From the NCBI GenBank assembly GCA_965248195.1, contig CBDFIQ010000002.1, positions 1,760,001 through 1,824,000 of the forward strand: DNA of 64,000 nt. The letters run 5' to 3'. Of the stretch, positions 30,681 through 41,419 are shown piece by piece. This DNA is from Longimicrobiales bacterium (GTDB taxonomy: Bacteria > Gemmatimonadota > Gemmatimonadetes > Longimicrobiales > Gaopeijiaceae). The notes under the pieces were generated by a model. It had not been told where the DNA came from. It worked only from the letters and a program-made list of their open reading frames with translations, and searched no databases. Within the stretch, counting starts at the first letter, position 1. Every line of letters begins with the position of its first letter. The translations under genes were made by a program, and so were the position numbers.

Positions 30681-31163
30681 TTGTCGGTTTCAACCGTGAA
30701 CCGGCGGCAAGCCGATAGACGCATATCAGATGCCCTTCAACGAAAGTTGGTGCTTAGGGTCATGACAAACCGCACAAATGCCCTCAGCGGGGACGAAACA
30801 ACCCCAAATGACGACGCGATTCCGGCGGATGCGTTCATCTTTCCGGAGGATGCGTTCATCTTCCCGGACGATCCCCTGGTCTTGGACAAGTTCCGGGCGG
30901 CACTCATCCACCCGGACGACCCCCTCACGCCTCGGGAGGAGGAGGCCGGCGTCGTAGTCGGCATGGACGGCTCCACCAAGCGTGAGGCGGCGGGCCCGGC
31001 CACGGTACTGCTCGACCCCCACCAAGTCGCGGACCTCCTCGAGGCTGTATCCGTGGATCTCAGAAAAAACGGATTCAACAGCCTTCGACGCAACGGAGGG
31101 GCGCCCAGCGTCGAAACCAACCTGAAGACTTACCTGGCTGATAATTTTTCGAACCAGCACTGA
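30681..31163 (+). CDS. Hypothetical protein (start uncertain; 21-bp internal duplication DAFIFPE/DAFIFPD)
   Basis: Stop overlaps start of next gene; no motif recognised. Confidence 0.45.
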   Translation: MSVSTVNRRQADRRISDALQRKLVLRVMTNRTNALSGDETTPNDDAIPADAFIFPEDAFIFPDDPLVLDKFRAALIHPDDPLTPREEEAGVVVGMDGSTKREAAGPATVLLDPHQVADLLEAVSVDLRKNGFNSLRRNGGAPSVETNLKTYLADNFSNQH

Positions 31164-31951
31164 TGAAAGCTAGCCTCCCGCTGGTAGCACTCGCCCTTGC
31201 GGGCCACCTCATGATCTCCGGCGAGGGGCATGCACAGCAGGTGCCCGATTGGCTTCTGAAGCTGAGGCTCCCCAACTCCAGTGCCAAGGCGATCATGACG
31301 CCCACGGCATGGGGGGCGGCCTTCGGATCGGCTTACCTCGGAACCGGAGCGGCCGAGCGCACGCCGTACCTCCCCAGCGCAGACGGAATCGTGGGGCTGG
31401 GGTACGGGATGGGTGATCCCGTTCTCCGCGTCGGACTCCAGATCGGCACCACCATCTCCGACCTGAGCGAGTTCGACAATGTCTCGTTTTCCTTCAAGCT
31501 CCATCGGTATCTGTCCAGGGGAACGACGATCGCCCTCGGAGGTGAGAGCCTTCTCTCGAATAACCCACTCACCGACGACGCAGGCGACACGTACTACCTC
31601 GTCGTGAGCCACGTCGTGCAGACGTTCGGTTCGAGCCGCCCCGGAATCGGCCGCGTTCATGTGAGCGCCGGTGTGGGCACGGGGCGCTTCGCAAGGAAAA
31701 GTGACCGGGACTTCTCCGAGGGGAAAGGAAGAAACGGGACCATGGCCTTTGGGAACGTCGCCGTTGAGGTGGCAAGAGGTATGAACGTCATCCTCGAGTG
31801 GAGCGGCACGAATCTAATCACGGGGCTGAGTAAGACGGTTCAGACACGAAGCGTGCCGATTCTGCTCTCGGTCGGCCTTGCCGACTTGACCCCATACAGT
31901 GGGGACGGAGTCCGGCTGGTCGCCGCCGCCGCCGTGTCCTTGTCTCTTTAG
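31163..31951 (+). CDS. Secreted protein, probable outer-membrane beta-barrel
   Basis: Signal peptide (…GHAQQ); amphipathic beta pattern. Confidence 0.6.
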   Translation: MKASLPLVALALAGHLMISGEGHAQQVPDWLLKLRLPNSSAKAIMTPTAWGAAFGSAYLGTGAAERTPYLPSADGIVGLGYGMGDPVLRVGLQIGTTISDLSEFDNVSFSFKLHRYLSRGTTIALGGESLLSNNPLTDDAGDTYYLVVSHVVQTFGSSRPGIGRVHVSAGVGTGRFARKSDRDFSEGKGRNGTMAFGNVAVEVARGMNVILEWSGTNLITGLSKTVQTRSVPILLSVGLADLTPYSGDGVRLVAAAAVSLSL

Positions 31952-31962
31952 GCCAACCAACG

Positions 31963-32400
31963 ATGGGTAAGAAAATCACACTCTTCGTGGTCACCGCCGG
32001 GTCGCTCCTCGCATTCACCGGACCCCTGAGGGGCCAGGAAGTGAACTCGGACGTGAAGATCCCGCCCCCGAGGGAGCTCGCGAACGGCGCCCCGGCGATC
32101 AACGCGATCCTTTTGGGAACAGAATTGCTCTTCCGCTCGTCGGATCAACTATTCCAGGGCTCGCTGGCTCAAGCCGCAGTGGGCAACTTGAATGAGGGAC
32201 AGACGAGAGCAGAGTTCGGTAATTTCACGACCTCCCTCCTGGTCAAAGCCGGGATCATTACTTTCGATCGCCCGCCCGCCCGTCTGGCCGCCTCCGTAGA
32301 GAACTCCGAGGACGGCTCCCGGCCGGCTTGGACCGGTCGGACTCCGATGACGCCCTCGGTAAATCGGACGGGCCGCTCCGCATCGCTGCGGCGACGCTGA
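31963..32400 (+). CDS. Hypothetical secreted protein
   Basis: Signal-peptide-like N-terminus; co-directional with neighbours. Confidence 0.45.
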   Translation: MGKKITLFVVTAGSLLAFTGPLRGQEVNSDVKIPPPRELANGAPAINAILLGTELLFRSSDQLFQGSLAQAAVGNLNEGQTRAEFGNFTTSLLVKAGIITFDRPPARLAASVENSEDGSRPAWTGRTPMTPSVNRTGRSASLRRR

Positions 32401-32550
32401 TTCGAGGCGTACCGGAGGGCGCCCTCCGACACGTCCCACTCAGGAGGTCGTTCTCGTTCGTCCCATCGAGTATCTTTGCGTCGGCGACGAATAGACACGC
32501 TATGCGTCTTTAAGCGGTTCCCGACAGGAGACCACCCTTTGAAGGAATTG

Positions 32551-32937
32551 ATGGTCGAAACTTCAACCCAGAAGCTTTATTGGGACGGTGAGAATGAGAT
32601 CGTGTGGGGTGAACTCTTCGCCGACCAAACAACAAAAGAACGGGCCAAGGAAAATGTCGATGCACAAGAGAGGGTTCGCGATATCCTCGGTAAAGCGAAA
32701 ACCCGTGTGCTCATAGATATCGCCGCAATATCCGAGATATCAAAAGAGGCGAGAGATTACTTCGCTAACGAAAGAACGGCCTCCATTCAACGGGCCACGG
32801 CATTGCTCATAAGCTCGCCGGCAAGCCGGGTAATCGGCAACTTCTTCATGGGCCTGAATAAGCCGATCTCGCCAACCAGATTATTCACTGATCCGCACGA
32901 GGCGATCAAGTGGTTACAAACGTATAGTGATGAGTGA
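32551..32937 (+). CDS. STAS/SEC14 (SpoIIAA-like) small domain protein
   Basis: VLIDI…SKEARDYF…ATALLI…IGNFF…PTRLFTDPHEAIKWL pattern. Confidence 0.7.
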   Translation: MVETSTQKLYWDGENEIVWGELFADQTTKERAKENVDAQERVRDILGKAKTRVLIDIAAISEISKEARDYFANERTASIQRATALLISSPASRVIGNFFMGLNKPISPTRLFTDPHEAIKWLQTYSDE

Positions 32938-33823
32938 GCAACCCCGATGGGACGCCATCTTGGGAATGCTGGAGAGTATCGCGTCCCTTGACTTCTCCCG
33001 CACCCTTCCGATAAGCGGCAAAGCCGACAACATGGATGCCGTCGCTTCAGGCCTGAACATGCTGAGTGAGGAGCTTTACAACAACGTGGTGGAGAGGTCG
33101 AAGCTGGAAGACATCGTCAAGAAACTCGAAGTGGCGAATCAGGAGCTACAGTCCTTCAACCACGCCCTTGCGCACGATCTGAGGAATCCGCTGCTGATCG
33201 TGACCAACTTCAGCCACCAGCTCCACGAAGCCATCGGCCATTCGCTTAATGAACGGCACAAAGACGACCTACAGCGCATTCGGTCCGCAGGTCGGCACAT
33301 GATACATCTCATCGACGACCTTAGCGACCTCGCTGATGTGAACCAAGTCGAGATCAATCGGGCGGAAGTCGACATGTCTTCCTTGGCGCGGGGGATCATC
33401 GACGATCTGAGGGTGCTGGTCCCGGATCGTGACGTGAGGTTCGAGGCGGAGTCTGGAATCAAGGCCCTTGGCGACAATAGGCTCCTGAGAATTCTCCTGA
33501 CCAACCTGCTCCAGAATGCATGGAAGTACACTATACACAGCGAGGACGCGTGGATCGAGCTGGGCGTCTCTGAGAACGAGGGTGATGTTCCAACCTACTA
33601 CGTGCGAGACAATGGGATCGGCTTCGACAACGCGCACCGTGAGAAAATTTTCAAAGCCTTCGAGCGGCTCCATACCAGGAACGAGTTCGCCGGGAGCGGA
33701 CTCGGGCTCGCAACGGTTCAGCGGATCGTGCGTCGCCACGGCGGGCGAGTGTGGGGCGACGGCGTCGTGGGAGAGGGGGCGGTGTTCCGCTTTACGCTCG
33801 CCCCTTCTTCGACCGACCCATAG
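32927..33823 (+). CDS. Cytoplasmic sensor histidine kinase
   Basis: AHDLRNPL H-box, NLLQNAWKY, DNGIGF, FERLH, GSGLGL; no TM segment. Confidence 0.95.
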   Translation: MMSEQPRWDAILGMLESIASLDFSRTLPISGKADNMDAVASGLNMLSEELYNNVVERSKLEDIVKKLEVANQELQSFNHALAHDLRNPLLIVTNFSHQLHEAIGHSLNERHKDDLQRIRSAGRHMIHLIDDLSDLADVNQVEINRAEVDMSSLARGIIDDLRVLVPDRDVRFEAESGIKALGDNRLLRILLTNLLQNAWKYTIHSEDAWIELGVSENEGDVPTYYVRDNGIGFDNAHREKIFKAFERLHTRNEFAGSGLGLATVQRIVRRHGGRVWGDGVVGEGAVFRFTLAPSSTDP

Positions 33824-34052
33824 ACACCTTCTAAGAGCAACGACCACCCACAACTTCGGGAGAGGCTGTCTTCTCAGGGGCGGCGTCACGCCATCAGTGT
33901 CGGTGGTTGATCAAGGGCTGGGGAAGCCCCGAAAGGTCCAATTGGTAGACCGGGTGCGAGCGATCGTTCGCGGGCCAATCCCTCTCTGCCAACGTACGTG
34001 AGACACGGAGCACGCAAAGAATTAGAGTAGGGCGAAGGCAGAGAAAACGAAC

Positions 34053-34502
34053 ATGTTGGGACTGCGAGAGAGAATGGAAGAGAATGGTAGTGCCCCTGGA
34101 ATCGGGGAGGCCAAGCGAAGCGCGGCAGCTCCTGCGGACCCGGAGGTAGTAGATAGGCCGCTACGCCGGCGGTTCAGTCCATCGTACAAGCTGCGGATCG
34201 TCGAAGAAGCGGACCGGTGCACCGAGCCCGGCGAGGTGGGTCAGCTCCTGCGGCGCGAGGGCCTGTACTCGTCGCACCTGACGACGTGGCGCAAGGCGGC
34301 GCATAGCGGGTCGCTGAAGGCCCTGTCGAAGAAACGCGGCCGCAAGCCGGAGCGGAATCCGCTGGATGAGAAGGTACGCAAGCTGGAGCGGCAAAACGCA
34401 CGGCTCGAGAATGAGCTCAGGAAGGCACACCTGATCATCGACGTGCAGGGAAAAGTTGCGGGGCTGCTGGGGATAAGCCTCGACGACGGGACGAACTCTT
34501 GA
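34053..34502 (+). CDS. IS3-family transposase OrfA
   Basis: Identical to 10739..11188. Confidence 0.9.
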   Translation: MLGLRERMEENGSAPGIGEAKRSAAAPADPEVVDRPLRRRFSPSYKLRIVEEADRCTEPGEVGQLLRREGLYSSHLTTWRKAAHSGSLKALSKKRGRKPERNPLDEKVRKLERQNARLENELRKAHLIIDVQGKVAGLLGISLDDGTNS

Positions 34503-35506
34503 AGGCGGCCGATGAGCTGGCTAAGCACGTCGGTGTAAAACCGGCGTGCGCGGCTCTCGAGGTCTCCCGATCGACGTTCTACCGTCGTCGAGGCCCATCG
34601 ACCGGGCAACGGCAGCCCCGCCCGACGCCCGCCCGGGCATTGAGCGAGACGGAACGAGGCGAGGTCTTCGACACGCTGTGTTCGGAGCGGTTCGTGGACC
34701 GCTCACCCGCCGAGGTGGTGGCCACGCTGCTCGACGAAGAGGTCTACCTGTGCAGCGAACGCACGATGTATCGTGTTCTGGCCTCCGAGGTGCCGGTTCA
34801 GGAACGCCGGGCGCAGCGCACCCATCCCGAGTACAAGAAGCCCGAGTTGATGGCCACGGCGCCGAACCAGGTGTGGTCCTGGGATATCACGCGGCTACTC
34901 GGGCCGAAGAAGTGGAGCTATTACTACCTCTACGTCATCATGGACATCTACAGCCGCTACGTCGTGGGCTGGATGGTGGCGGACCGGGAGAACTCGGCCC
35001 TGGCCGGCCGGTTGATCCAGCAGAGCTGCCTGAAGCATGGCGTCCAGCCCCGGGTCCTGACCCTGCACTCGGATCGGGGAGCTCCAATGACGAGCCAATG
35101 CACCGCTCAACTTCTCGCTGACCTCGGCGTGACTCGCTCGTTGAGCCGGCCTCAGGTGTCGGATGACAACCCGTTTTCCGAGGCTCAGTTCAAAACCTTG
35201 AAGTACCATCCCTCGTTTCCCGGGCGGTTCGGGGATCAGGGCCAGGCCAAGACGTTGTGTCGATCGTTCTTCCGCTGGTACAATGCCGAGCACCGCCATG
35301 GCGGTATCTCGATGCTAACCCCCGAGCAGGTCCACTTCGGGAACGCCGATCAGGTCATTGCCGGCAGGAAATCCGTGCTCCGCGAAGCATGGGCCGCTCA
35401 TCCCGAACGCTTCGTCACAGGTGTGCCGAAGCCCAAACCGCTCCCGGAGGCCGTCTACATCAATCCTCCCATCCCTTCCCTCACCACACAGGATATTGCT
35501 CTCTAA
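34499..35506 (+). CDS. IS3-family transposase OrfB
   Basis: Identical to 11185..12192. Confidence 0.95.
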   Translation: MKAADELAKHVGVKPACAALEVSRSTFYRRRGPSTGQRQPRPTPARALSETERGEVFDTLCSERFVDRSPAEVVATLLDEEVYLCSERTMYRVLASEVPVQERRAQRTHPEYKKPELMATAPNQVWSWDITRLLGPKKWSYYYLYVIMDIYSRYVVGWMVADRENSALAGRLIQQSCLKHGVQPRVLTLHSDRGAPMTSQCTAQLLADLGVTRSLSRPQVSDDNPFSEAQFKTLKYHPSFPGRFGDQGQAKTLCRSFFRWYNAEHRHGGISMLTPEQVHFGNADQVIAGRKSVLREAWAAHPERFVTGVPKPKPLPEAVYINPPIPSLTTQDIAL

Positions 35507-36748
35507 TTAATCCCGTAGAGTGTCCCATTGTCGTTGACAGGTTCCGAATCGGCCGGATCGTTCGGCCTGAACAGAGCCCCGATCTGAGCCATACCTGGCT
35601 GGGTCTCTCCCGTCGGGTTGTCGTAGACACCCACAATGCGGTACGTGTGATTCGTCTTCAACTCGATGCTGGCGTCGAAGAGATTGAAGAAGCGACGGAA
35701 GATCTTCTGCTCCACCGACGAGACCTTCCCCTCTGGATCTCTGTCGCTCTCCAGCCGGAAGAGGACTCTCCCGGTCTCGACGTCCTCCAGGCGGACTTCT
35801 ACGCCGTAGTCGTGTACGTGCCCTCCCGCGGCGAGGAGCTTCCCGCCGGTGGGAACCTCGAATTCGTACGACTTCTCGAAGTGACCCGGCGGCACGTCGA
35901 AGGACGTTCGATCACCGATTTTCAAGTCCACGTCCAGGTAAACCACGGTGAGCGGGGCGCGGCCCTCCTCCAGCTCACCATAGGGGAGCACGAGCTCGAG
36001 GTACACGTCCTCGATGTCCTTGCCCGTGTCGTTGTGCCAAGCGACGTACCAGCCGAGGCTGTCCCCACGCTCAAGCACCACCTGGTGCGAATTCGGCAGC
36101 TTGATGTCCGGGGTCTCGGAGCCGATCGCGATGAGGCGTGTCGGCACCGGATAGACGAGCTCACGCCGATCAAAGTTGAGGGCGTTCAGGTGGTGGATAA
36201 GGACGCGAGGTAGGGGCGTGCCGTCGCCAGAGAAGACCCCTAGCTTGAATCCCCTGAGTCCCCCGTCGACGGGCCAGACGACAGGGAGGAGCGGAGTCTT
36301 CATCGAGGAGTCGTGCCCGCCGTGTTCCATGCCTCCGGCTTCGTCCATCACCGTCTGCTGAACGTGGAAAGGCCCTGCCACCACCACGACCTCGCGACGG
36401 TCCGTGTCCACCCAGACATGGCTCTCTGGCTCGTCGGGCGTTCCCGTCATCTGCGGGATAGGCGGCTGTAGCTCACCGCCATAATCGGTCGTGGCGCAGG
36501 AAGCCACAGCTAGAAGGATGACGGGATTGAAACGTCGGAACATGGGGCGATTCCCCTCAATCGTGAGTGGCCAATAGTGTCCGCTGGGCCGGTAAGGAAC
36601 CCCGAGTGGCTTTAGAGACGTTGAGAAGCTCGCTGGACTCCAGGCCAGAAGGCAAGCCTCCGGCCCGCGTACCGTAGAAAGTGAAAGTGGGTCTGAAGGG
36701 CACGGGCCCGGGGCGGCCGGACAGCCTCCCAGAGTCCTAGCACTTTTG

Positions 36749-38283
36749 TTAGCCTGGCGGTCTCACGTTGCTGTTTAGCCGAAACATGTTCATCGGATCG
36801 TGCCGACCCTTCATCTCCGTGAGGCGTTCGTAGGCAGGGCCGTAGTTCCCCGCAGCCGACTCGTCGATCTCGAATTCGATATTATCGTAGTACCCGCCCG
36901 TGAACGGCTCGAGCTGATTATACCAGTCGCGTGTGCTCGCGATGACTTCCTCATCCTCTGCCGGCTCATTCCAGAGGCTGGCGAACACAAGCATCGTTTC
37001 CGCGTTGCGATGGGGGAACGCCGTCGTAAGCTCATCGACGCGGCCAACCGCGCCACCAGCCGTGGGGAGCCTAGGAAGATCCGAGGATCGGGCCGATATG
37101 CCTCGATCATCGCGTCAACGAAGGCTGGCGTTATCTCCCTGACCATCCCGTTCTTGGCATACGATCGAATACCCGGATGCGCGGCGGCGTCCTGTGAAGT
37201 CTGCATCACCATGTAGTCGTTCAAATCGACGCCGTTCTCGAACGGCTGGCCAATCCCGAGCAATGGCGCAAGCTCCCTTTCACCAGACACGGGATCGGCG
37301 GCGTAAACGACTTCCATGACGAGCACACCCTGGCCTTCCGGCGTCGTCATCATTGCCGGGGCAACATACAGATCGTCCGACAGGCCCGCGTACCAGTCGG
37401 CATAGAAATCGAGCACTTCCCGCGCCTGCTCGATGGGCCAGACGATGTTCCCCGACAACACTGCGAGCTCGAAAGGATGCAGCTGATACTCGAATTCCGT
37501 CACGACACCGAAATTGCCGCCGCCACCACGAATCGCCCAGAAAAGATCGGCGTCCTCTTCATCGTTGATCCTTCGGACCTGCCCGTCGGCCGTGACGATC
37601 TCAGCGGACTTCAGGTTGTCGATCGTCAGTCCGAACTTGCGGTTGAGACGGCCGAAGCCGCCACCGAGCGTGTAGCCGCCGACCCCGGTATGCGAAACCA
37701 CCCCGGCAGTGGTGATCAGCCCGTGCTCTCGTGCAGCGGTGTCGAGCCCGATCAGCAGGGCGCCACCCTGCGCGTGTGCGCGTTGTGCTACCGGATCGAC
37801 ACTGACGGTGCTCATCCGCGACAGGTCGATCATCAAGCCACCGTCGCACACTGATTTGCCCGGCCAGCTGTGGCCGCCGCCGCGCACGGCGACCAGCAAC
37901 TCCCGTGCGCGGGCAAACGTCACGGCATGGCTCACGTCTTCGGCGTTCATACAGCGAGCGATCAAGGCGGGGCGCTTGTCGTGCATCCCGTTCCAGATCA
38001 TGCGCGCGCTGTCGTATTGAGGATGACCAGAAAGCAGGACCGGCCCCATGAGGCTCTCGCCAAGCTCCCTGATCGCGGCAGCCTCCAGCTCGATTTCGGC
38101 ACCGTTGAGCGAGACGGCCGCAATGCTCGTGTCTGCCTGCCGCGCACATCCGAACAGCCACGGATTGGATGCAGCGACGCCGGTAGCGACCGCTGAACGA
38201 CAGAATTGGCGTCGGTCTATGATGTACCCCCCGGGGCATTCGAGTCGCTGATCACCGCCACGAGTGTGGGGCAAGTCGGCCAC
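36749..38283 (-). pseudogene. FAD-linked oxidase (BBE/VAO family) with a 1-bp frameshift near 37065; start uncertain
   Basis: RGGGHS covalent-FAD motif, RGGGGNFGVV; BBE tail YERLTEMKGRHDPMNMF in a second frame; RRQF Tat-like motif. Confidence 0.85.
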
Positions 38284-38712
38284 TGCATTGTGCCTCGCTG
38301 GTGACCGCAGGGCAAGCGGAGGAAGCGGGTATATGGAAGCTTCTGGGTGGCCGTCTTTTCGTTCAGCCGAGCGGGCGACCGGGTTGAATCGCAGATTCGT
38401 CAGACCTATCCCTCAATCGATCTGTTTTACCGACGCCTTCCCTCGAGATAGGATGCGAGCTCGCTGACCGACCTTGCGGGTCCCCAAAATCGACTAGACA
38501 CCCTCCACCTCGTTGGCGATCTTCACGCGGAGTCGGCTTCGCCACCGTTGAGAGGAGTTTCCGGTTTAATGGTATGTCTATCCAAGGTGTCGCCGATAGT
38601 GAGGTAGGGGGTAGCTGGCGGGGGTCTGTGCCCTATGGGTGCCCTAACTCCGATTTCAGAGCCCTACAAAGACCACTCCTACGACACGTAAAAAATTACG
38701 GCACAACAACTT

Positions 38713-38786
<74 letters not shown>

Positions 38787-38817
38787 CTTAGGGAACGTGA
38801 AGCTCTACTTGGACTTA

Positions 38818-38881
38818 GACTGTCTGAGTTGGAGCTTTGTCGTAGGTGCTGAGACACCATACTGTCGATCGCTACTGTCGG
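38818..38881. repeat. ACTGTC arm-type-like repeats inside left att
   Basis: GACTGTCT, TACTGTCG, TACTGTCG; same motif recurs at 46255-46297. Confidence 0.65.
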
Positions 38882-38939
38882 TTTAAGCACCTGCTTGGCC
38901 AGTCCTCCTGGCCCGAATCGCCTTCCGCAGACCCCTCCT

Positions 38940-39461
38940 CTACTTTTCCGTTTTGTCGCTCGACTCTTCCGAGGCGCTCAGGGCAAAGAGCGTTCGGTTC
39001 AGGTCCTTCACCTTACGCAAGAACTCATGCGAGCCGTAGCCCGCCAGAAGCGTGATCCCGAGGTATAGCACCGCGGCGCGCTCCTCTATGAGAACCGTAT
39101 CGGATCCGACAGAAAGCGTGAGCACACCGCCGTAGACGAGGGCGAAAACGAAGATCCCACAGAGAGCGCCGGACACGGGCCGTAGCCGGTAGGTTAGCTC
39201 AAAGTGGTCAAAAAAGTCCTGTTCTTGCATGTGTTTTACGATGCCCCGGAGGTTGTAGAGGCATCCACCGAGAGCACCCCCGAGCAACATCATGAATACC
39301 AGAGCCACTTGCCTCAGAACGTCCGCGTCCCATGCGCCAGTAGCGAACGGATAGACCAACAGGAGGAGGAGCACCAACGAAGCCGTCGCCGCCACTGTAA
39401 ATCTGGCTAGCCGCCCGGCAAGCTCCGCATTATGGCCATCCGCCGGGTCCGACTTGCTCAT
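38940..39461 (-). CDS. Hypothetical membrane protein (about 4 TM)
   Basis: Hydrophobic segments; GALGG…Y…RP…G…LAGY pattern. Confidence 0.65.
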   Translation of the reverse strand: MSKSDPADGHNAELAGRLARFTVAATASLVLLLLLVYPFATGAWDADVLRQVALVFMMLLGGALGGCLYNLRGIVKHMQEQDFFDHFELTYRLRPVSGALCGIFVFALVYGGVLTLSVGSDTVLIEERAAVLYLGITLLAGYGSHEFLRKVKDLNRTLFALSASEESSDKTEK

Positions 39462-39810
39462 GTGGATCCCTCGTCGAAGAGCTATCTAACGTCTCTGCGA
39501 TTCCCCTGCGCATCACCCTGCCCATGCGAGCCGCAAACTGCAAGGCGAGCACTTCGGAGTAGCCGTTCGCGTTGCGAGCTTACGGAGGAGTCCCAAGAGT
39601 GAAGGGATCGCGCATCAGGCGACCAAGCCGCAAATTGAAGGCCACCGGAGGACCGCGCCGTGGACCAACAACTTTACACCAAAGCCGTCTGGTTCATCTC
39701 AAGCTTGGACAAACGCTACGCCATCAACAAGGGCGTAGGGTGGGTGTACGCGCTACGCAACTTCTCGGGCTGATGCTCGCCGCGACAGTAGCAATCGCGT
39801 GTCCGGTCGA

Positions 39811-40539
39811 TCACCTGCGAGCCTGATCGCCCACTCCCCCACGCATCTGCCTTATCTCATCTGCCAGCAGGGCGAGCGCAGCTTCCTGTTCCTCTTCCTC
39901 TGGCTTGAGGAGCCACACAGCGAACAGGGCGGTGATCGTCCCGAACAAGGCAATGCCGACAAACATGATGCCCGCTGCGATCGCCCTGCCCTCTACGGTG
40001 ACCAGATAATAGTCGCCAAAACCGGCAGTTGAGATGGTGACCACTGTCCACCAAAGAGCGTCGGAGGCGGTTAGGATATTGCCGCCCGCCGGGGCCTCTA
40101 CCACAAGAATAGCGATGCTGCCGAAGAAGATCGTCAGCATGACCACGAGGACGGCGGACAAAAAGGCGCTTTGGGATCGCTGCCGAAGAACGATTGCCCC
40201 GAGGAGCCGAATAGAACGAACGCCTCGAAGGACCCGAAGTAGGCGTGCGACCCTTGCCGCTCGACCCCAGCGGAGAGCTAAAACGGACGGAATGCTGGAG
40301 AGAAGGTCCAGCCAACCCCAAGTCAGGAAATACCGAAGTCGGTTTTCGGCCCGGTAGAGGCTGTGGAAGAAGTCCCCGAGGAAGATCAGCGCGGCGATTG
40401 TATCGAACGCCAGCAGGATTTGGCTTACCTCGCGGCCCGGCGACGTGATCGCCTCCGCAGCCAGCACAAGCAACACGACCACACAGAGGGCCAACATGAA
40501 CAGTTGGTATGGCGTGCCCTGAGAACCCTCGTTTTCCAA
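39811..40539 (-). CDS. Voltage-gated-type ion channel (K+ channel family)
   Basis: Arg-repeat S4 RAARVARLLRVLRGVR; pore helix DALWWTVVTISTAGFGD. Confidence 0.85.
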   Translation of the reverse strand: MENEGSQGTPYQLFMLALCVVVLLVLAAEAITSPGREVSQILLAFDTIAALIFLGDFFHSLYRAENRLRYFLTWGWLDLLSSIPSVLALRWGRAARVARLLRVLRGVRSIRLLGAIVLRQRSQSAFLSAVLVVMLTIFFGSIAILVVEAPAGGNILTASDALWWTVVTISTAGFGDYYLVTVEGRAIAAGIMFVGIALFGTITALFAVWLLKPEEEEQEAALALLADEIRQMRGGVGDQARR

Positions 40540-40665
40540 CAGCCCCTTGCTCCCGGTTGTCGGGCCGACCGACCTAACCCCTCGCGATTCTACTGCGCAT
40601 CACCATGCCGATACGAGGTGTGAACTGCAAGGCGAAGAGTTCGGTCCTTCTTGGCCCGCACCGTG

Positions 40666-40959
40666 TTACGGCATCAACCCCACGATCTCAGCGAATTCAT
40701 CCGGATCCCAGGCACGCATGGTGGTGCTCCTCACGTTGCCTTGGGCCGCGGTAGCCAGCGCGAACGCAGTCGCGGCCTTCTCGTCGTCGGCCTCCCAGAT
40801 TCCGATGATGTCGTAGGGGCCCTGGGTATAATAAACGCCAAGCATTTTGATTCCCATTCCCTCCGCCGCTTCGATCGCAGCCTTGGCCCTGCTGGGAGAT
40901 TCCTTCACAGCCCGAATGCCCTGGTCCGTGAAATTGTACAGTGTTGCGTACTTAGCCAT
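40666..40959 (-). CDS. GYD domain protein
   Basis: FTDQG…YYTQGPYD signature; GAGGAGG RBS. Confidence 0.9.
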   Translation of the reverse strand: MAKYATLYNFTDQGIRAVKESPSRAKAAIEAAEGMGIKMLGVYYTQGPYDIIGIWEADDEKAATAFALATAAQGNVRSTTMRAWDPDEFAEIVGLMP

Positions 40960-41147
40960 CTGTCCGACCTCCTCTTGAGGGGTGTTTGTCGTAGAGAATG
41001 GGGATCAGTGACCAGCTTCGCAAAACAGTCCGGGAAGATCTGCTATCCGTCTCATGCGAATGAGCGAGGAGAGTGGGGAGGAGTCCCAAATCGGACTATT
41101 CGCAACTGCTCTCGATGTAGACCACGAAGTCCGGATGGTGGTCTCTA

Positions 41148-41252
41148 TCAGAAGCCTGTCGGCGGTGGTCGCTTCGCCGAAAAAAGGAAGAAGACCACTA
41201 GGAAGATCATGATCATCCCCAACATGCCGAGTCCACCGAGTCCGTTGTTCAT
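41148..41252 (-). pseudogene. 34-aa ORF resembling a degenerate TatA N-terminus
   Basis: MNNGLGGLGMLGMIMIFLVVFFLFSAKRPP compared with the TatA TM plus FGAKRLP hinge. Confidence 0.35.
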
Positions 41253-41314
41253 CCGGCACGATGCCCATGAGCAGCTTGAGATGCAAGCTCACAGGCGAAC
41301 GCCTTGCGCCTCCT

Positions 41315-41350
41315 GAGAAGACGACCACCTCCGAACGATGGGGGTGGTCA
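41315..41350 (-). terminator. Conserved hairpin/terminator repeat, copy 3
   Basis: Reverse complement of the 1791 hairpin, downstream of 41420..41791. Confidence 0.7.
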
Positions 41351-41419
41351 TCGGCCACCTAGGGAGTCTCGTCCGCTACACTTCTGTAGTTCATCGGCCT
41401 CCGAGTGATGACGGATCAT

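Larger units (their letters stand above)
33980..35546 (+). mobile_element. IS3-family element B, copy 2
   Basis: Same as 10666..12232; 3-bp TSD AAT. Confidence 0.95.
33894..36543 (-). pseudogene. Lipoprotein resembling copper type II (PHM/DBM-like) monooxygenase, C-terminus split by IS3 copy 2
   Basis: Lipobox VASC; IHH, WHN, GHVH and distal Met; removing IS restores …PADWPANDRSHPVYQLDLSGLPQPLINHRH*. Confidence 0.65.

Noticed and set aside
35257..36213. 318-aa plus-strand ORF
   Set aside because: Chimera of an IS3 off-frame segment and the antisense of the copper-protein gene
38628..38647. GTGCCCTA direct repeat upstream of tRNA-Arg as arm sites of another island
   Set aside because: Only two copies and no partner att found in the window
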